Counted from the stretch's first letter, positions 27,746-37,772 are shown. The stretch is DNA of 64,000 nt from Planctomycetota bacterium (GCA_038227875.1 JBBRPR010000022.1:32001-96000); one strand, 5' to 3'. A program made the numbers and translations. Notes: a model not told the origin generated them from the letters alone.

Positions 27746-30490
27746 TTAAACCGAGGCCAGTTCCATAACCCGATCACGCTCGGTGGCGAGTTGCGATACA
27801 GCCTTCAGCAATTCTTCACGGTCAATCTTGACCAGATGACGGTCGAATCCGGATGAGGTCGAATGGCGGCGAACGTCATCGGACTCGAGACCGGAGAGCG
27901 CGATCAACGGCAGATGTTTGAGCTCCGGATTGGCGCGAATGGCTTCCGCCAGTTTCCAGCCGTCGACCTGCGGCATGTCGATGTCGCTGATGATGAAATC
28001 CACGGGATGAACAGAGAGGCGCTTCAAGGCTTCGGCGCCGTTGCTGGCTTCGTCCACGGTGTAGCCGGCGAATTCCAGGTACGAACGCGTGAGATTGCGG
28101 AAGAAGGGACTGTCGTCGACAAGCAGGATCTTGCGCACGCCTTTGCGCCCGGAGTTCTGGACAAACACCGGCTGCGACTGGCTGCGACGGAAAAACCCGG
28201 GGTTGGCCGCTTCGATCAGGGCGTAGGGATCCACGAACACCGTCGTCTTGCCCTGCACGATCGCAGTGCCAATGATTCCTGGCCGCTTGTTTTCCACCTG
28301 CGGACGGGCAGATTCGTCGACGATGTCCAGCAGCTTGTGCACGACCATGCCGATCGAGCGTTCGCCGTCGCTGAAGACGATTACCGGCAAGGTCGACGCA
28401 TCCGTCGGCGGAGTGACTCCGACGTGGCTGGCCATGCGCAGCAGCGGCATGACCTGACCGCGATACTGGACGACTTCCCCGTCGTTGGTGCGTTCGACGC
28501 GGGAGATCTGGAATTCCTCGAGACGCGAAACCATCGAGAGCGGCATCGCGAATCGCATCTGTTCGTCGAGTGTAAAGACCAGCAGTGTGGAGCGGTCGGC
28601 CTGTTCGACGGCGACCACTTCTGCCTGCTTGATTTCTTCCTTGTGTTCGGCGGCGTCGGCCGATTCCAACAGACCGGCGCTGTCGAGAATAAGCGCGACC
28701 TGGCCGTCACCCATGATCGTCGAGCCGGCGAAGGCGTGGATACTCTTCAGCGGCTTGACCACGATTTCTTCCGTGTCGTTGACGCTGTCCACGACCAGGC
28801 CGAAGACCTGGTTGTCGGCCGTGAGCACGACGATGTTCACGATCTCATCGCGCGCGGCTCCGTTGGAGAGGTTGGCTCCGGCCGCGTTGGATGTGGCACG
28901 GGTATCTTCCTCAAGCTTCAAAACACTGCGTAGACGGATCAGCGGCAGCAGGTTGCCGCGCAGGCGGTAGACTTCGATGCCCTGCATCCATTCGATACTC
29001 TTGCGTGCGGCTTCGCCTTCCAGACGCACCAGTTCGCGCAGATTGATCTGCGGGATGGCAAAGCGGTCGCCGTTGGCGGAGACGATCAGCGCGGGAATAA
29101 TGGCGAGCGTCAGTGGAATCTTGATCTTGAGCGTGGTGCCGTGTCCAAAGTTGTTGATCACATCCACTGCGCCGCCAATGCGTTCAATGTTGGTCTTGAC
29201 CACATCCATGCCGACGCCGCGGCCGGAGATCGACGTGATTTTCTCCGCCGTCGAGAAGCCGGGGCGGAAGATCAGGTTGACCGCTTCGCGTTCCGACATC
29301 CGTTCGGCTTGCTCTTCGGTGATCAGGCGCTGCTGAATGGCTTTGCGCTTGACGCGCTGAATGTCGATGCCGCCGCCGTCGTCGGCGACTTCAATGTTGA
29401 CCTGGCCGCCTTCGTGAAACGCACGCAGGCGGATTGTGCCACGGCGCGACTTGCCCTTGCGTACGCGTTCGTCGGGAGATTCCACGCCATGGTCGATGGC
29501 GTTGCGGACGATGTGAGTAAACGGATCCTTCACGGCCTCGAGGATGGTTTTATCCAGCTCGGTCTCCGCGCCTTCCACATGCAGGTCGACTTCCTTGCTC
29601 ATGGAATTGGAGACGTCGCGAACCAGCCGAGGCAGTTTGTTCCAGACGCCGCCGATGGGCTGCATGCGGGTCTTCATTACATTTTCCTGCAGTTCGGTGG
29701 TGATCAAGTTGAGTCGCTGCGAGGAATTCACGATGGCTTTGTTTTCCAGCGTCCCCGCGAACTGCAGAATCTGATTGCGTGTCAGCACCAGCTCGCCGAC
29801 GAGGTTCATCAGGCGGTCGAGCAGCGACACTTCGACGCGGATGGTGCTGTCCGCGGTGTTCGATTTGACGGCTTCGGCTGCCACGACATTGACGTCGCCG
29901 GAATCCTTTGGATGCGGTGCTTCGACATGTGGCACTTCAGTCACTGGCTTCGCCGGAGCAGGTACGACTGGAGCAGTCACGATGGGCGGCGTTGTAACAG
30001 GAGCCGTTACAATGGAAGGCGCTTCCATCGCTACGGTCGCCGCAGGCACCGCGGCCTTGATGGAAAGCCGCCGGGCGGGAGATGCGGCCGCGGACGAACC
30101 AGCTTCGGCCGGCGCGCCCTCCGCGATAGCTTTCAGCCGTTGAATAATCGGGGTGTAATCCTTGTCGCTCTCAGCGGAAGTCGCATCGATGGTGGCGAGG
30201 ACGTCCTTCACGGCGTCGACGCCTGCCAAAAGCGCGTCGATCGTCGCGGGGGTAGCCTTCATCTTTCCATCGCACATCTTGGCCAGAATGTCTTCGGCAA
30301 AGTGGCTGATGGAGACGAGTTTCGGAAAATTGAGAAAGCCGGCAGTACCTTTGATCGTATGGATCGTCCGGAAGATGCTGGCCAGCAATCCTGTGTTCTC
30401 AGGATCCTTTTCGAGCTGCACAAATTCTTGATCGAGACGCGATAGATTCTCGTTTGACTCAACCAGGAAGTCTCGTGTGATGTCGTCCAT
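27746..30490 (-). CDS. cheA: Hybrid chemotaxis kinase CheA (HPT-dimer-HATPase-CheW-CheW-REC)
   Basis: IFRTIHTIKG, HIVRNAIDHG, SGRGVGMDVV, two CheW-like domains, C-terminal REC (ISDIDMP). Confidence 0.97.
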   Translation of the reverse strand: MDDITRDFLVESNENLSRLDQEFVQLEKDPENTGLLASIFRTIHTIKGTAGFLNFPKLVSISHFAEDILAKMCDGKMKATPATIDALLAGVDAVKDVLATIDATSAESDKDYTPIIQRLKAIAEGAPAEAGSSAAASPARRLSIKAAVPAATVAMEAPSIVTAPVTTPPIVTAPVVPAPAKPVTEVPHVEAPHPKDSGDVNVVAAEAVKSNTADSTIRVEVSLLDRLMNLVGELVLTRNQILQFAGTLENKAIVNSSQRLNLITTELQENVMKTRMQPIGGVWNKLPRLVRDVSNSMSKEVDLHVEGAETELDKTILEAVKDPFTHIVRNAIDHGVESPDERVRKGKSRRGTIRLRAFHEGGQVNIEVADDGGGIDIQRVKRKAIQQRLITEEQAERMSEREAVNLIFRPGFSTAEKITSISGRGVGMDVVKTNIERIGGAVDVINNFGHGTTLKIKIPLTLAIIPALIVSANGDRFAIPQINLRELVRLEGEAARKSIEWMQGIEVYRLRGNLLPLIRLRSVLKLEEDTRATSNAAGANLSNGAARDEIVNIVVLTADNQVFGLVVDSVNDTEEIVVKPLKSIHAFAGSTIMGDGQVALILDSAGLLESADAAEHKEEIKQAEVVAVEQADRSTLLVFTLDEQMRFAMPLSMVSRLEEFQISRVERTNDGEVVQYRGQVMPLLRMASHVGVTPPTDASTLPVIVFSDGERSIGMVVHKLLDIVDESARPQVENKRPGIIGTAIVQGKTTVFVDPYALIEAANPGFFRRSQSQPVFVQNSGRKGVRKILLVDDSPFFRNLTRSYLEFAGYTVDEASNGAEALKRLSVHPVDFIISDIDMPQVDGWKLAEAIRANPELKHLPLIALSGLESDDVRRHSTSSGFDRHLVKIDREELLKAVSQLATERDRVMELASV

Positions 30491-30561
30491 ATGCGTCGGT
30501 TCCCTTTTTCAAAAACGCCAGAGTGCGAATATTTCCGGAGTCCTTACGGAATCCCTAGGTC

Positions 30562-30576
30562 GCAATGAGTATGCCA
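30562..30576 (-). promoter_or_regulatory. Sigma54 -24/-12 promoter for the che operon
   Basis: Minus strand TGGCATACTCATTGC, near-consensus TGGCAC-N5-TTGC. Confidence 0.8.
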
Positions 30577-30756
30577 TGGAAGGTGAGGGGCAGATTCTGC
30601 CCAGTCAGTAGTACGGCAAGATTGCTGATAAAAGGTGTGAAAGTTCTGCCGTCCCAACATTAGGACAGTGTCGCGCACGACTTAGGACGAAGAGTGCTGT
30701 CAAAAATAAGAATGCGCGCCGAAGTTGGCGCGCATCGCTGGGTGAACTTTCGCCAA

Positions 30757-32055
30757 TTAATTCTTGGCGGCGTAGGCCTTGGCTTCCGGCGACGGATCTT
30801 TCGTCAGCAACTTCTGGAGCAAGGTGTAAATCATCTGGCGTTCGTCTTCGCCGATCGGCGTTTCACCTTTGGTTCGCTGCACCTGTTCGATCACCTGCTG
30901 TACGCCGTTGTTTTCCAGATCGCGCGTGGAGGTTACGAATTCCAGGCGCCCGTCCATCAACACGAATCGTTCGATCACGTTTCGCAATTCGCGAACGTTG
31001 CCTGGCCAAGTGTGCTTCTGCAGTATCGCTTTGTTTTCATCGGTGAGCGTAGGGATTTCGCCGCTGATGTCCTTGGAGAAATGCTTTACGAAATTCTCAG
31101 CGAGCGGAATCACGTCGGCTGGGCGTTCTCGCAATGGCAATAAGTGAATTGGAATGACCGCGAGTCGATAATACAAATCTTCTCGGAAGCGGCCCTGCCG
31201 CACCGCGGCGGCCAGATCGACATTCGTGGCGGCGATCACGCGTGCTTCGAGCGGAATTTCCTGAGTGCCACCGACGCGCCGGAAGTTGCGTTCCTGCAAC
31301 ACGCGCAGCAGCTTGCTCTGCAGTTCCAGCGTCAGGTCGCCGATTTCGTCGAGGAAGATCGAGCCATCGCCCGCGGCTTCGAAGTAGCCCTTGCGCGTGG
31401 CTTTGGCGTCGGTGAACGAACCTTTCTCGTGTCCAAACAACTCACTTTCCACGAGCGTGACTGGGATTGCGGAGCAATTCACGGCGACGAAGGGCTTGTC
31501 GCGGCGGTCGCTGGACCGGTGCAATCGACGTGCAACGACTTCTTTTCCTGTGCCAGTCTCACCGGTTATGAGAACGGTGGTCGTGCGACTGCGGGCGATT
31601 GTGCGCAACTTCATGGCGACTTCGCGCATGGGATTGCTGACGGCCATCATCTCGTTGTCGGAATGGTTCGCGGGATCAGCGGTTTCCTTGGCGGGCGTTT
31701 TGGTCAGGCTGATTTTGCGGAGGATTTCAAGCAAGGTGTTGATGTTGAATGGCTTGGGCAGAGCTTCGAACGCACCGAGCTTCATTGCTCGCACGGTTTC
31801 AAGCACGCCGATCGAGCCGCTCACGATGATGATCTTCATGTCAGCCGAAACACGCTTTACGCGCTGAAGTACTTCAAAGCCGTCCATTTCCGGGAGATTG
31901 ATGTCGAGGAGCATCGCGTCGTACGTATTGTGCTCGACCATCTCGACAGCCTGCGAACCTGTGTTGGCGATGGTGACCATCCACCCTTGCTGCTGAATCG
32001 CCATCTGAAGCATGTTGCAACACAGTGGGTTGTCTTCCGCGACTAGGATATGCAC
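30757..32055 (-). CDS. Sigma54-dependent response regulator (REC-AAA+), no evident HTH
   Basis: REC LLDINLP, GETGTGKE, ELFGHEKGSFTDA, FLDEIG, WPGNVRELRN; C-terminal 60 aa lack a Fis-type HTH. Confidence 0.92.
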   Translation of the reverse strand: MHILVAEDNPLCCNMLQMAIQQQGWMVTIANTGSQAVEMVEHNTYDAMLLDINLPEMDGFEVLQRVKRVSADMKIIIVSGSIGVLETVRAMKLGAFEALPKPFNINTLLEILRKISLTKTPAKETADPANHSDNEMMAVSNPMREVAMKLRTIARSRTTTVLITGETGTGKEVVARRLHRSSDRRDKPFVAVNCSAIPVTLVESELFGHEKGSFTDAKATRKGYFEAAGDGSIFLDEIGDLTLELQSKLLRVLQERNFRRVGGTQEIPLEARVIAATNVDLAAAVRQGRFREDLYYRLAVIPIHLLPLRERPADVIPLAENFVKHFSKDISGEIPTLTDENKAILQKHTWPGNVRELRNVIERFVLMDGRLEFVTSTRDLENNGVQQVIEQVQRTKGETPIGEDERQMIYTLLQKLLTKDPSPEAKAYAAKN

Positions 32056-32121
32056 GGTCCCCCCTTTTTACCCTTCCGGGTGCGCAAAATATGCAAAATA
32101 CAAAGTTCGAGTAATTCTTAA

Positions 32122-32136
32122 GCAACAGGTATACCG
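32122..32136 (-). promoter_or_regulatory. Possible sigma54 promoter for the activator gene
   Basis: Minus strand CGGTATACCTGTTGC (GG-N10-GC). Confidence 0.45.
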
Positions 32137-32302
32137 ATGCCGGTCAAATGGGTCCAGCCACGTTACCTTTAATAGTAACGTGGCGTGCGTACATCTGACA
32201 CTTCAAACTTCCAAAACTATCTTTACGCCTTTTTACACCTTGAACACACGGCAAACTTTGCAGTCAAAATTGAGAAAATCACTCCAAAAGGCCACATCGT
32301 GT

Positions 32303-32317
32303 TGGCCTTTAAGTTGC
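32303..32317 (+). promoter_or_regulatory. Sigma54 -24/-12 promoter for the flgC-fliE operon
   Basis: TGGCCTTTAAGTTGC. Confidence 0.7.
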
Positions 32318-32386
32318 AATCGGACGCTATTGAAATCGATTGAGTACATTTCAGCGAAATTCTTGCGGAACTTCTGGAGTGCGAAC

Positions 32387-32815
32387 ATGAACGGGATCTT
32401 CGGCTCGATGGACATCAGTCTCTCCGCGCTACAAGCGCAGCGTAAACGCCTGGACGCGATCGCTTCCAATCTCGCCAACGCTGAAACGACCAGCACGCCT
32501 CAAGGCGGCCCATATGTACGGCAGCAGGCCGTCTTCGAAGCGGTGATGAACGATGCCATGAGCGGTGATGGCTCTCCGCAGGTCGGCGGCGTGCGCGTCG
32601 CGAGCATCTCGCAGGATCCGCGGCCTCCCATAGTAGTACACAATCCGGGCCACCCCGATGCCGACTCGAATGGCAATGTGATGATGCCCGACATTCGCCC
32701 CGCGGAAGAAATGGCCGATCTGCTCCAAGCGTCACGTTCTTACGAAGCAAATTCTGCAGCGCTCAAAATTTCACGTGCGATGTTTCTCAAGGCACTCGAC
32801 TTTGGCAAAGCGTAG
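32387..32815 (+). CDS. flgC: Flagellar basal-body rod protein FlgC
   Basis: RLDAIASNLANAETT, GGPYVRQ, PGHPDAD, ASRSYEAN. Confidence 0.96.
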   Translation: MNGIFGSMDISLSALQAQRKRLDAIASNLANAETTSTPQGGPYVRQQAVFEAVMNDAMSGDGSPQVGGVRVASISQDPRPPIVVHNPGHPDADSNGNVMMPDIRPAEEMADLLQASRSYEANSAALKISRAMFLKALDFGKA

Positions 32816-32841
32816 TCCACTGATTCACTAGAGGTGCGGTC

Positions 32842-33144
32842 ATGATTTCATCCATTTCAAGTTCACTGCCGCTCACAACGCCCCAGTTGCCGTCGACGCA
32901 GACGCCGAAGGATGCGGAACCGAAACAGAGCTTCACCCAAATGGTGTCGGATCTCCTGGAGCACACCAACGAAGCGCAGCTCAACGCCAACAAGTCGATC
33001 AGCAATCTGGCGTCAGGTAAGTCCGAGGACATTCATCAAGTCATGCTGGCGATGGAACAGGCGCGGCTCTCCATGCTCGCTGTCGTCGAAGTGCGCAACA
33101 AGATGATCGATGCGTACCAGGAAATTTCGAAGATGCCGGTCTAA
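32842..33144 (+). CDS. fliE: Hook-basal body protein FliE
   Basis: DIHQVMLAMEQA...VEVRNKMIDAYQEISKM. Confidence 0.96.
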   Translation: MISSISSSLPLTTPQLPSTQTPKDAEPKQSFTQMVSDLLEHTNEAQLNANKSISNLASGKSEDIHQVMLAMEQARLSMLAVVEVRNKMIDAYQEISKMPV

Positions 33145-33183
33145 AGAGCGCGAGACGGACTTGATTGAATCGGAGCAACAGGC

Positions 33184-34764
33184 ATGAACTTTTTCAACGA
33201 CTTTCTCAAGAAAGGCAAGAGCGTCTGGACGGCGATGGGCACCGGCACGCGGGTGACCTTCATCACGTTCCTCGGCGCCGCCGTTCTTCTGGTCTCGGTG
33301 CTCGGCGTCTGGTCTTCACAGCCTGATTTCGTCCTGCTCTATGGTGGCCTGACCACGGAAGACGCGGCCGCGATCAGCACACACCTCAGCGACGACAAAA
33401 TTCCCTTTCGCTACGAAGCCAGCCGAGGCGCGATTCTCGTTCCCGCGTCCAAAGCCGACAGCGCCCGTCTCTCGCTGGCCGGACAAGGCCTGCCCAAGAA
33501 CACCACGGAAGGTTTTGAAATCTTCGACAAATCCAGCTTCGGCATGACCGAGTTCGTCCAGCGCATCAACTACCAGCGCGCGCTGCAGGGCACGCTGGCC
33601 CGGAACATCCAGGCTATCGACGCCGTTGAAAGCGCTCATGTTTCGCTCTCGATTCCCGAAGACGAACTCTTCTCGCGCGAAAAGAAGGAAGCCAAGGCCT
33701 CGGTCGTCATCCGCCTGCGCTCCAACCGCACGCTCAGCAACGAACAAGTCGGCGCTATCAAGTATCTGGTCTCTTCCAGCGTCCCGAAGCTCGAAGCCAA
33801 GAACGTCACGCTGGTGGATTCCACCGGCAAGATGCTCACCCGCCCTCAGGAAGAAGACAGCATCTCCGCGGTGAGCGAAGAGCAGCTGGCAATTCAGAAG
33901 CAGGTCGAAAAGCACTTCACCGACAAGGTACAGTCACTCTTGGATCAGGTGCTGGGACCGAATCAGTCGGTGGTGCGCGTCTCGGCGCAGCTCAATCTCG
34001 ACCGCGTCGAACGGAACTCCGAAAAGATGGATCCTGATTCGGGCGTGATTCTTGAAGAGTCGGCGCACAGCGACGATTCCACTGGGAAGACCGGCGGATC
34101 TGCCGTGGCGCCGGGTGTGTCCGCCAACACGACGCCAAACGCCACCGTGACCGAAAGTGCCCTGGGCAGCAACTCCCGCAAGCAGAAAACAACGTCCAAC
34201 CGCTACCACTACAACACGATCTCCGAACGCGTAATCGCGCCAGTCGGCTCCGTACGCCGGCTTTCGGTCGCCGTGCTCGTGGCTCCGCATACCAAAACAG
34301 GCGGCAAAGATGCGAAGGACGCCGGCGCGCCGGCTCCGTTGCGCTCGCTGCAGGAGATGAACCAGCTTAACGAAATCGTACGCTCAGCGGTGGGTTACTC
34401 GGCCGAACGCCAGGACGTGATCAAAGTCGAAGAACTTCCGTTTACGGCTGAACCAGTGGACTCCGCCATTCCCGTTGTGGCGCCGACGGCCGTGTGGATG
34501 GATATGCTGATGCATAACATCGGCGACATTCTCGCCTTCATCGGCGTCGCGATTATGGCGCTGGTCTTCTACAAGCTTTTCAGCCGAACGGTCGTGCAAG
34601 CAGCCGCGCAGCGTGCGGGTGGCTTGACTTCCAGTTCGAGCACCTCCAACACCAATTCACTCCAGGAACGCCCGGTCAACGTGGTGATGCAGGAAGAAGT
34701 GAAGCAGTTGGTCTCGCAGAACAGCACGCAGGCCATCAATCTCATTCGCTCGATGATGAAGTGA
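33184..34764 (+). CDS. fliF: MS-ring protein FliF
   Basis: GFEIFDKSSFGMTEF, YQRALQGTL, RRLSVAVLV, two TMs. Confidence 0.96.
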   Translation: MNFFNDFLKKGKSVWTAMGTGTRVTFITFLGAAVLLVSVLGVWSSQPDFVLLYGGLTTEDAAAISTHLSDDKIPFRYEASRGAILVPASKADSARLSLAGQGLPKNTTEGFEIFDKSSFGMTEFVQRINYQRALQGTLARNIQAIDAVESAHVSLSIPEDELFSREKKEAKASVVIRLRSNRTLSNEQVGAIKYLVSSSVPKLEAKNVTLVDSTGKMLTRPQEEDSISAVSEEQLAIQKQVEKHFTDKVQSLLDQVLGPNQSVVRVSAQLNLDRVERNSEKMDPDSGVILEESAHSDDSTGKTGGSAVAPGVSANTTPNATVTESALGSNSRKQKTTSNRYHYNTISERVIAPVGSVRRLSVAVLVAPHTKTGGKDAKDAGAPAPLRSLQEMNQLNEIVRSAVGYSAERQDVIKVEELPFTAEPVDSAIPVVAPTAVWMDMLMHNIGDILAFIGVAIMALVFYKLFSRTVVQAAAQRAGGLTSSSSTSNTNSLQERPVNVVMQEEVKQLVSQNSTQAINLIRSMMK

Positions 34765-34800
34765 TCCTCTTTTACTCCTTTTCCATAGGAAGCGTTCACC

Positions 34801-35826
34801 ATGGCAACCGCAACGAAAGAACAGAAGGGCCCGACACTCACTGGTGTGCAGCGCGCCGCCATCGTCATCACCTCCCTGGGCCTGGAGAGCGCGGCGTCGG
34901 TGTTCAAGGGCCTTGAAGAAGAAGAAATGGAAGAGCTGACCACCGCGATCGCGGATTTGAAAAGTATTCCCGACGACGTCCGCAACCAGGCGCTGAAGGA
35001 ATTCGGCGAACAGATGAAGTCCGGCGCGGCCTCCAATGAAATGGTGAGTTTGCAGAACCTGCTCGAAAAGAGCATCGGCAAGGAAAAGGCCGAATTCATC
35101 CTCTCCAAGATTCAGACCGCCAAAGACGGCAAGCTGTTTGAAGCCTTCAACATTCTCGACCCCAAGCAGATTGTCGCCATGCTGCAGCAGGAGCGACCGC
35201 AGACGGTCGGGTTGATCCTCTGCCATCTAAATCCCAAGCGCGCCGCCGAAATTCTCTCCGTCTTCGATTCCGAATTCCAGGGCCAGGTGATCTGCTGCAT
35301 CGGCCACATGGACCGCATTTCGCCGGAAGTCGTGATCAAGATCGATGCCATCGTGAAGCGCAAGCTCAGCGGCATGCAGGGCAAACTGCGCGTGACCGGT
35401 GGACCCAAGACGATCGCCCAGATGCTCAATCACGTCGACCGCAGCTCGGAAAAACGCATCTTCGAAGTCCTCAACAAGAAGGACGAAGGCCTCGTCGGCG
35501 ACATCAAGCGCCTGATGCTCCTGTTCGAAGATCTCGTCTCGCTCGACGACAAGGCCGTGCAGCAGCTCCTGCGCGAAATTGACATGAACGACTTGGCGCT
35601 GGCCTTGAAGGGCGCGCCGCCGGAGATGAAGGCGCTGATCCAGCGCAATCTCTCCAAGCGCGCCGCCGAACGGTTGATCGAAGAGTCGGAATTGATGGGG
35701 CCCAAACCGCGCCAGGACGTGGAATCCGCGCAGCAGCGCATCGTCGCGGTGGTCCGCCGGCTGGAAGAAGAAGGCAAGTTGACGCTGGGCGGACGCGGCG
35801 GAGGCACCGATGAACTCGTCGCCTAA
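34801..35826 (+). CDS. fliG: Motor switch protein FliG
   Basis: QERPQTVGLIL, TGGPKTIAQMLN, MLLFEDL, NLSKRAA. Confidence 0.96.
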   Translation: MATATKEQKGPTLTGVQRAAIVITSLGLESAASVFKGLEEEEMEELTTAIADLKSIPDDVRNQALKEFGEQMKSGAASNEMVSLQNLLEKSIGKEKAEFILSKIQTAKDGKLFEAFNILDPKQIVAMLQQERPQTVGLILCHLNPKRAAEILSVFDSEFQGQVICCIGHMDRISPEVVIKIDAIVKRKLSGMQGKLRVTGGPKTIAQMLNHVDRSSEKRIFEVLNKKDEGLVGDIKRLMLLFEDLVSLDDKAVQQLLREIDMNDLALALKGAPPEMKALIQRNLSKRAAERLIEESELMGPKPRQDVESAQQRIVAVVRRLEEEGKLTLGGRGGGTDELVA

Positions 35827-36454
35827 AGGACAAACCGTCCACATCGGCCGCATTCTCCGGGGCGTTGAATACGTCGCGAAGTCGGTCGATGGCCAGCCCG
35901 AAAACGGCGCCAACGGAACAGGAAAGCCCGCGGGCCCGACCACCTCGCAGCTGATCGACGCGGCTTATGAACAAGGCCGCGCGAAGGGCCGCGAAGAGGC
36001 GCTGCGCGAACTGGCGCCGACGGCCGTGGCGCTCAAGCAGATGATGGACGTACTTACCCGCGAAACCAAGGATCACGCCGGCGCGATCGATCGCTTCGCG
36101 ACCCGCTTGTCACTGCGCATTGCCGCAAAAATTCTCGATCGCGAAGTCAGCGACCCCGCGGCGCTCACCCACATGATCGCCAGCGCGCTCTCGCAGATTC
36201 CGCTCTCCGGACCTCTGCAGATCCGCCTCAATCCGCTCGATGTCGTGGAACTCAACGCGTTTCTCGGCCAGGCGCTGAGCAAGAATGTGTTCCTGCCAAA
36301 AGAGACGGTACTTGTTGCCGATCCCAGCCTGCGGCGCGGCGGTTGCGTGATCGACAATGGCACCGGCCGGCTCGATGCCCGCATTGAAACTCAACTCAGC
36401 CTGATCGAAAAGGCGCTTGAAGCCTACCCAGACAAGGAGCGCGCCCGTGGTTGA
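35810..36454 (+). CDS. fliH: Export protein FliH
   Basis: AYEQGRAKG (GxxxG), IRLNPLD, DPSLRRGGCVIDNGTGRLDA; between fliG and fliI. Confidence 0.9.
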   Translation: MNSSPKGQTVHIGRILRGVEYVAKSVDGQPENGANGTGKPAGPTTSQLIDAAYEQGRAKGREEALRELAPTAVALKQMMDVLTRETKDHAGAIDRFATRLSLRIAAKILDREVSDPAALTHMIASALSQIPLSGPLQIRLNPLDVVELNAFLGQALSKNVFLPKETVLVADPSLRRGGCVIDNGTGRLDARIETQLSLIEKALEAYPDKERARG

Positions 36455-37772
36455 TGCCCCGCTCGATCTCAACTCCAAACTCAAACGCGTCCATGAAAGC
36501 TCCCGATTTGTGCGCATGGGTGTGATCAACTGCGTCTCCGGTCTGACGATCGAAACCTGCGGCCCCTTCGCGGCACTGGGTGAAATCTGCCACATCCATC
36601 TTCCGGATGGCACGCGCCGTCCCGCGGAAGTGGTCGGCTTCAAAGGTTCAAATCTCTTCCTGATGCCGCTGGGGGAACTCGATGGCATCGCTCCCGGACT
36701 GACCGTCACCGCCGAAGGCCGAGGCCTGACCATTCCCGTCAGCCGCCACATGCGCGGCCGCGTGGTCGATGGCCTCTGCCAGCCGATTGACGGCAAAGGT
36801 CCGATCACTCCTGAAGCGCACCAACCACTGGCCGCGCTGCCTCCCGATCCCCTCACCCGCCCCCGCGTGAAAGATGTGATGCCTCTCGGCATTCGCGTCG
36901 TCGACGGCATGCTCACCTGCGGCCGCGGACAGCGCATGGGTATTTTTGGCGGCTCCGGCGTGGGCAAGTCCACACTGCTGGGCATGTTCGCCCGCTATGC
37001 AAAATCGGACACGAACGTAATCGCCCTGATCGGCGAACGCGGCCGCGAAGTCCGCGACTTCATCGAACGCGATCTGGGCGAAGAAGGCATGCGCCGCTCG
37101 ATCGTTATCGTCGTCACCTCCGATCAGCCGCCGCTGCTGCGCCTGAAAGGCGCGCTGACGGCCTGCGCGCTCTCCGAATATTTCCGCGATCAGGGCCAGA
37201 ACGTACTGCTGATGATGGACTCGGTGACGCGTGTCTGTCTGGCGCAGCGCGAAATCGGCCTGGCCGTCGGTGAACCGCCGACGACACGCGGCTACACGCC
37301 GTCGGTCTATTCGATGCTACCCAAGCTGCTCGAACGGTCGGGCACATCTGAGAAAGGTTCGATCACGGGCCTCTACACGGTGCTGGTGGAAGGCGACGAC
37401 ATGAATGAACCGGTTGCCGATGCCACACGCTCGATTCTCGACGGCCACATTGTCCTCTCGCGCGACCTGGCCGGCGCCAATCACTTTCCAGCGATCGACG
37501 TGCTCAACAGCCAGAGCCGCGTGTTCACGGACATCGCCACACAGAAGCACCGCGCCAACGCCGGACGCATCCGCAATCTCATGGCCTCGTACAACCGCGC
37601 GCGCGATTTAATTGACGTCGGCGCGTACGTCCCTGGCAGTAATGCCGACACCGATGCCGCGATTCAGTCTCAGTCCAAGATTCAAAACTTCCTGCGGCAG
37701 GCGCCGGAAGAACATTCGACGTTTGAAACGACCACGAAAGCAATGGCCGGAATCACAGGGTTGGGTGAATAG
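36447..37772 (+). CDS. fliI: Flagellar export ATPase FliI
   Basis: GGSGVGKS, IGERGREV, MDSVTR, DGHIVLSR; GTG start after AAGGAG. Confidence 0.97.
   Translation: MVDAPLDLNSKLKRVHESSRFVRMGVINCVSGLTIETCGPFAALGEICHIHLPDGTRRPAEVVGFKGSNLFLMPLGELDGIAPGLTVTAEGRGLTIPVSRHMRGRVVDGLCQPIDGKGPITPEAHQPLAALPPDPLTRPRVKDVMPLGIRVVDGMLTCGRGQRMGIFGGSGVGKSTLLGMFARYAKSDTNVIALIGERGREVRDFIERDLGEEGMRRSIVIVVTSDQPPLLRLKGALTACALSEYFRDQGQNVLLMMDSVTRVCLAQREIGLAVGEPPTTRGYTPSVYSMLPKLLERSGTSEKGSITGLYTVLVEGDDMNEPVADATRSILDGHIVLSRDLAGANHFPAIDVLNSQSRVFTDIATQKHRANAGRIRNLMASYNRARDLIDVGAYVPGSNADTDAAIQSQSKIQNFLRQAPEEHSTFETTTKAMAGITGLGE

Noticed and set aside
6274..31143. Long antisense ORFs (e.g. 6274-8043, 13488-15299, 15564-17099, 21429-23057, 29141-30445)
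   Set aside because: Shadow frames opposite well-supported genes in GC-rich DNA, with no recognisable motifs
32012..32386. N-terminal extension of FlgC in the ORF track (similar extensions for cheR, fliM, fliO, fliR, motA)
   Set aside because: Extensions run through promoters or upstream genes; downstream starts fit family N-termini and usually have RBSs
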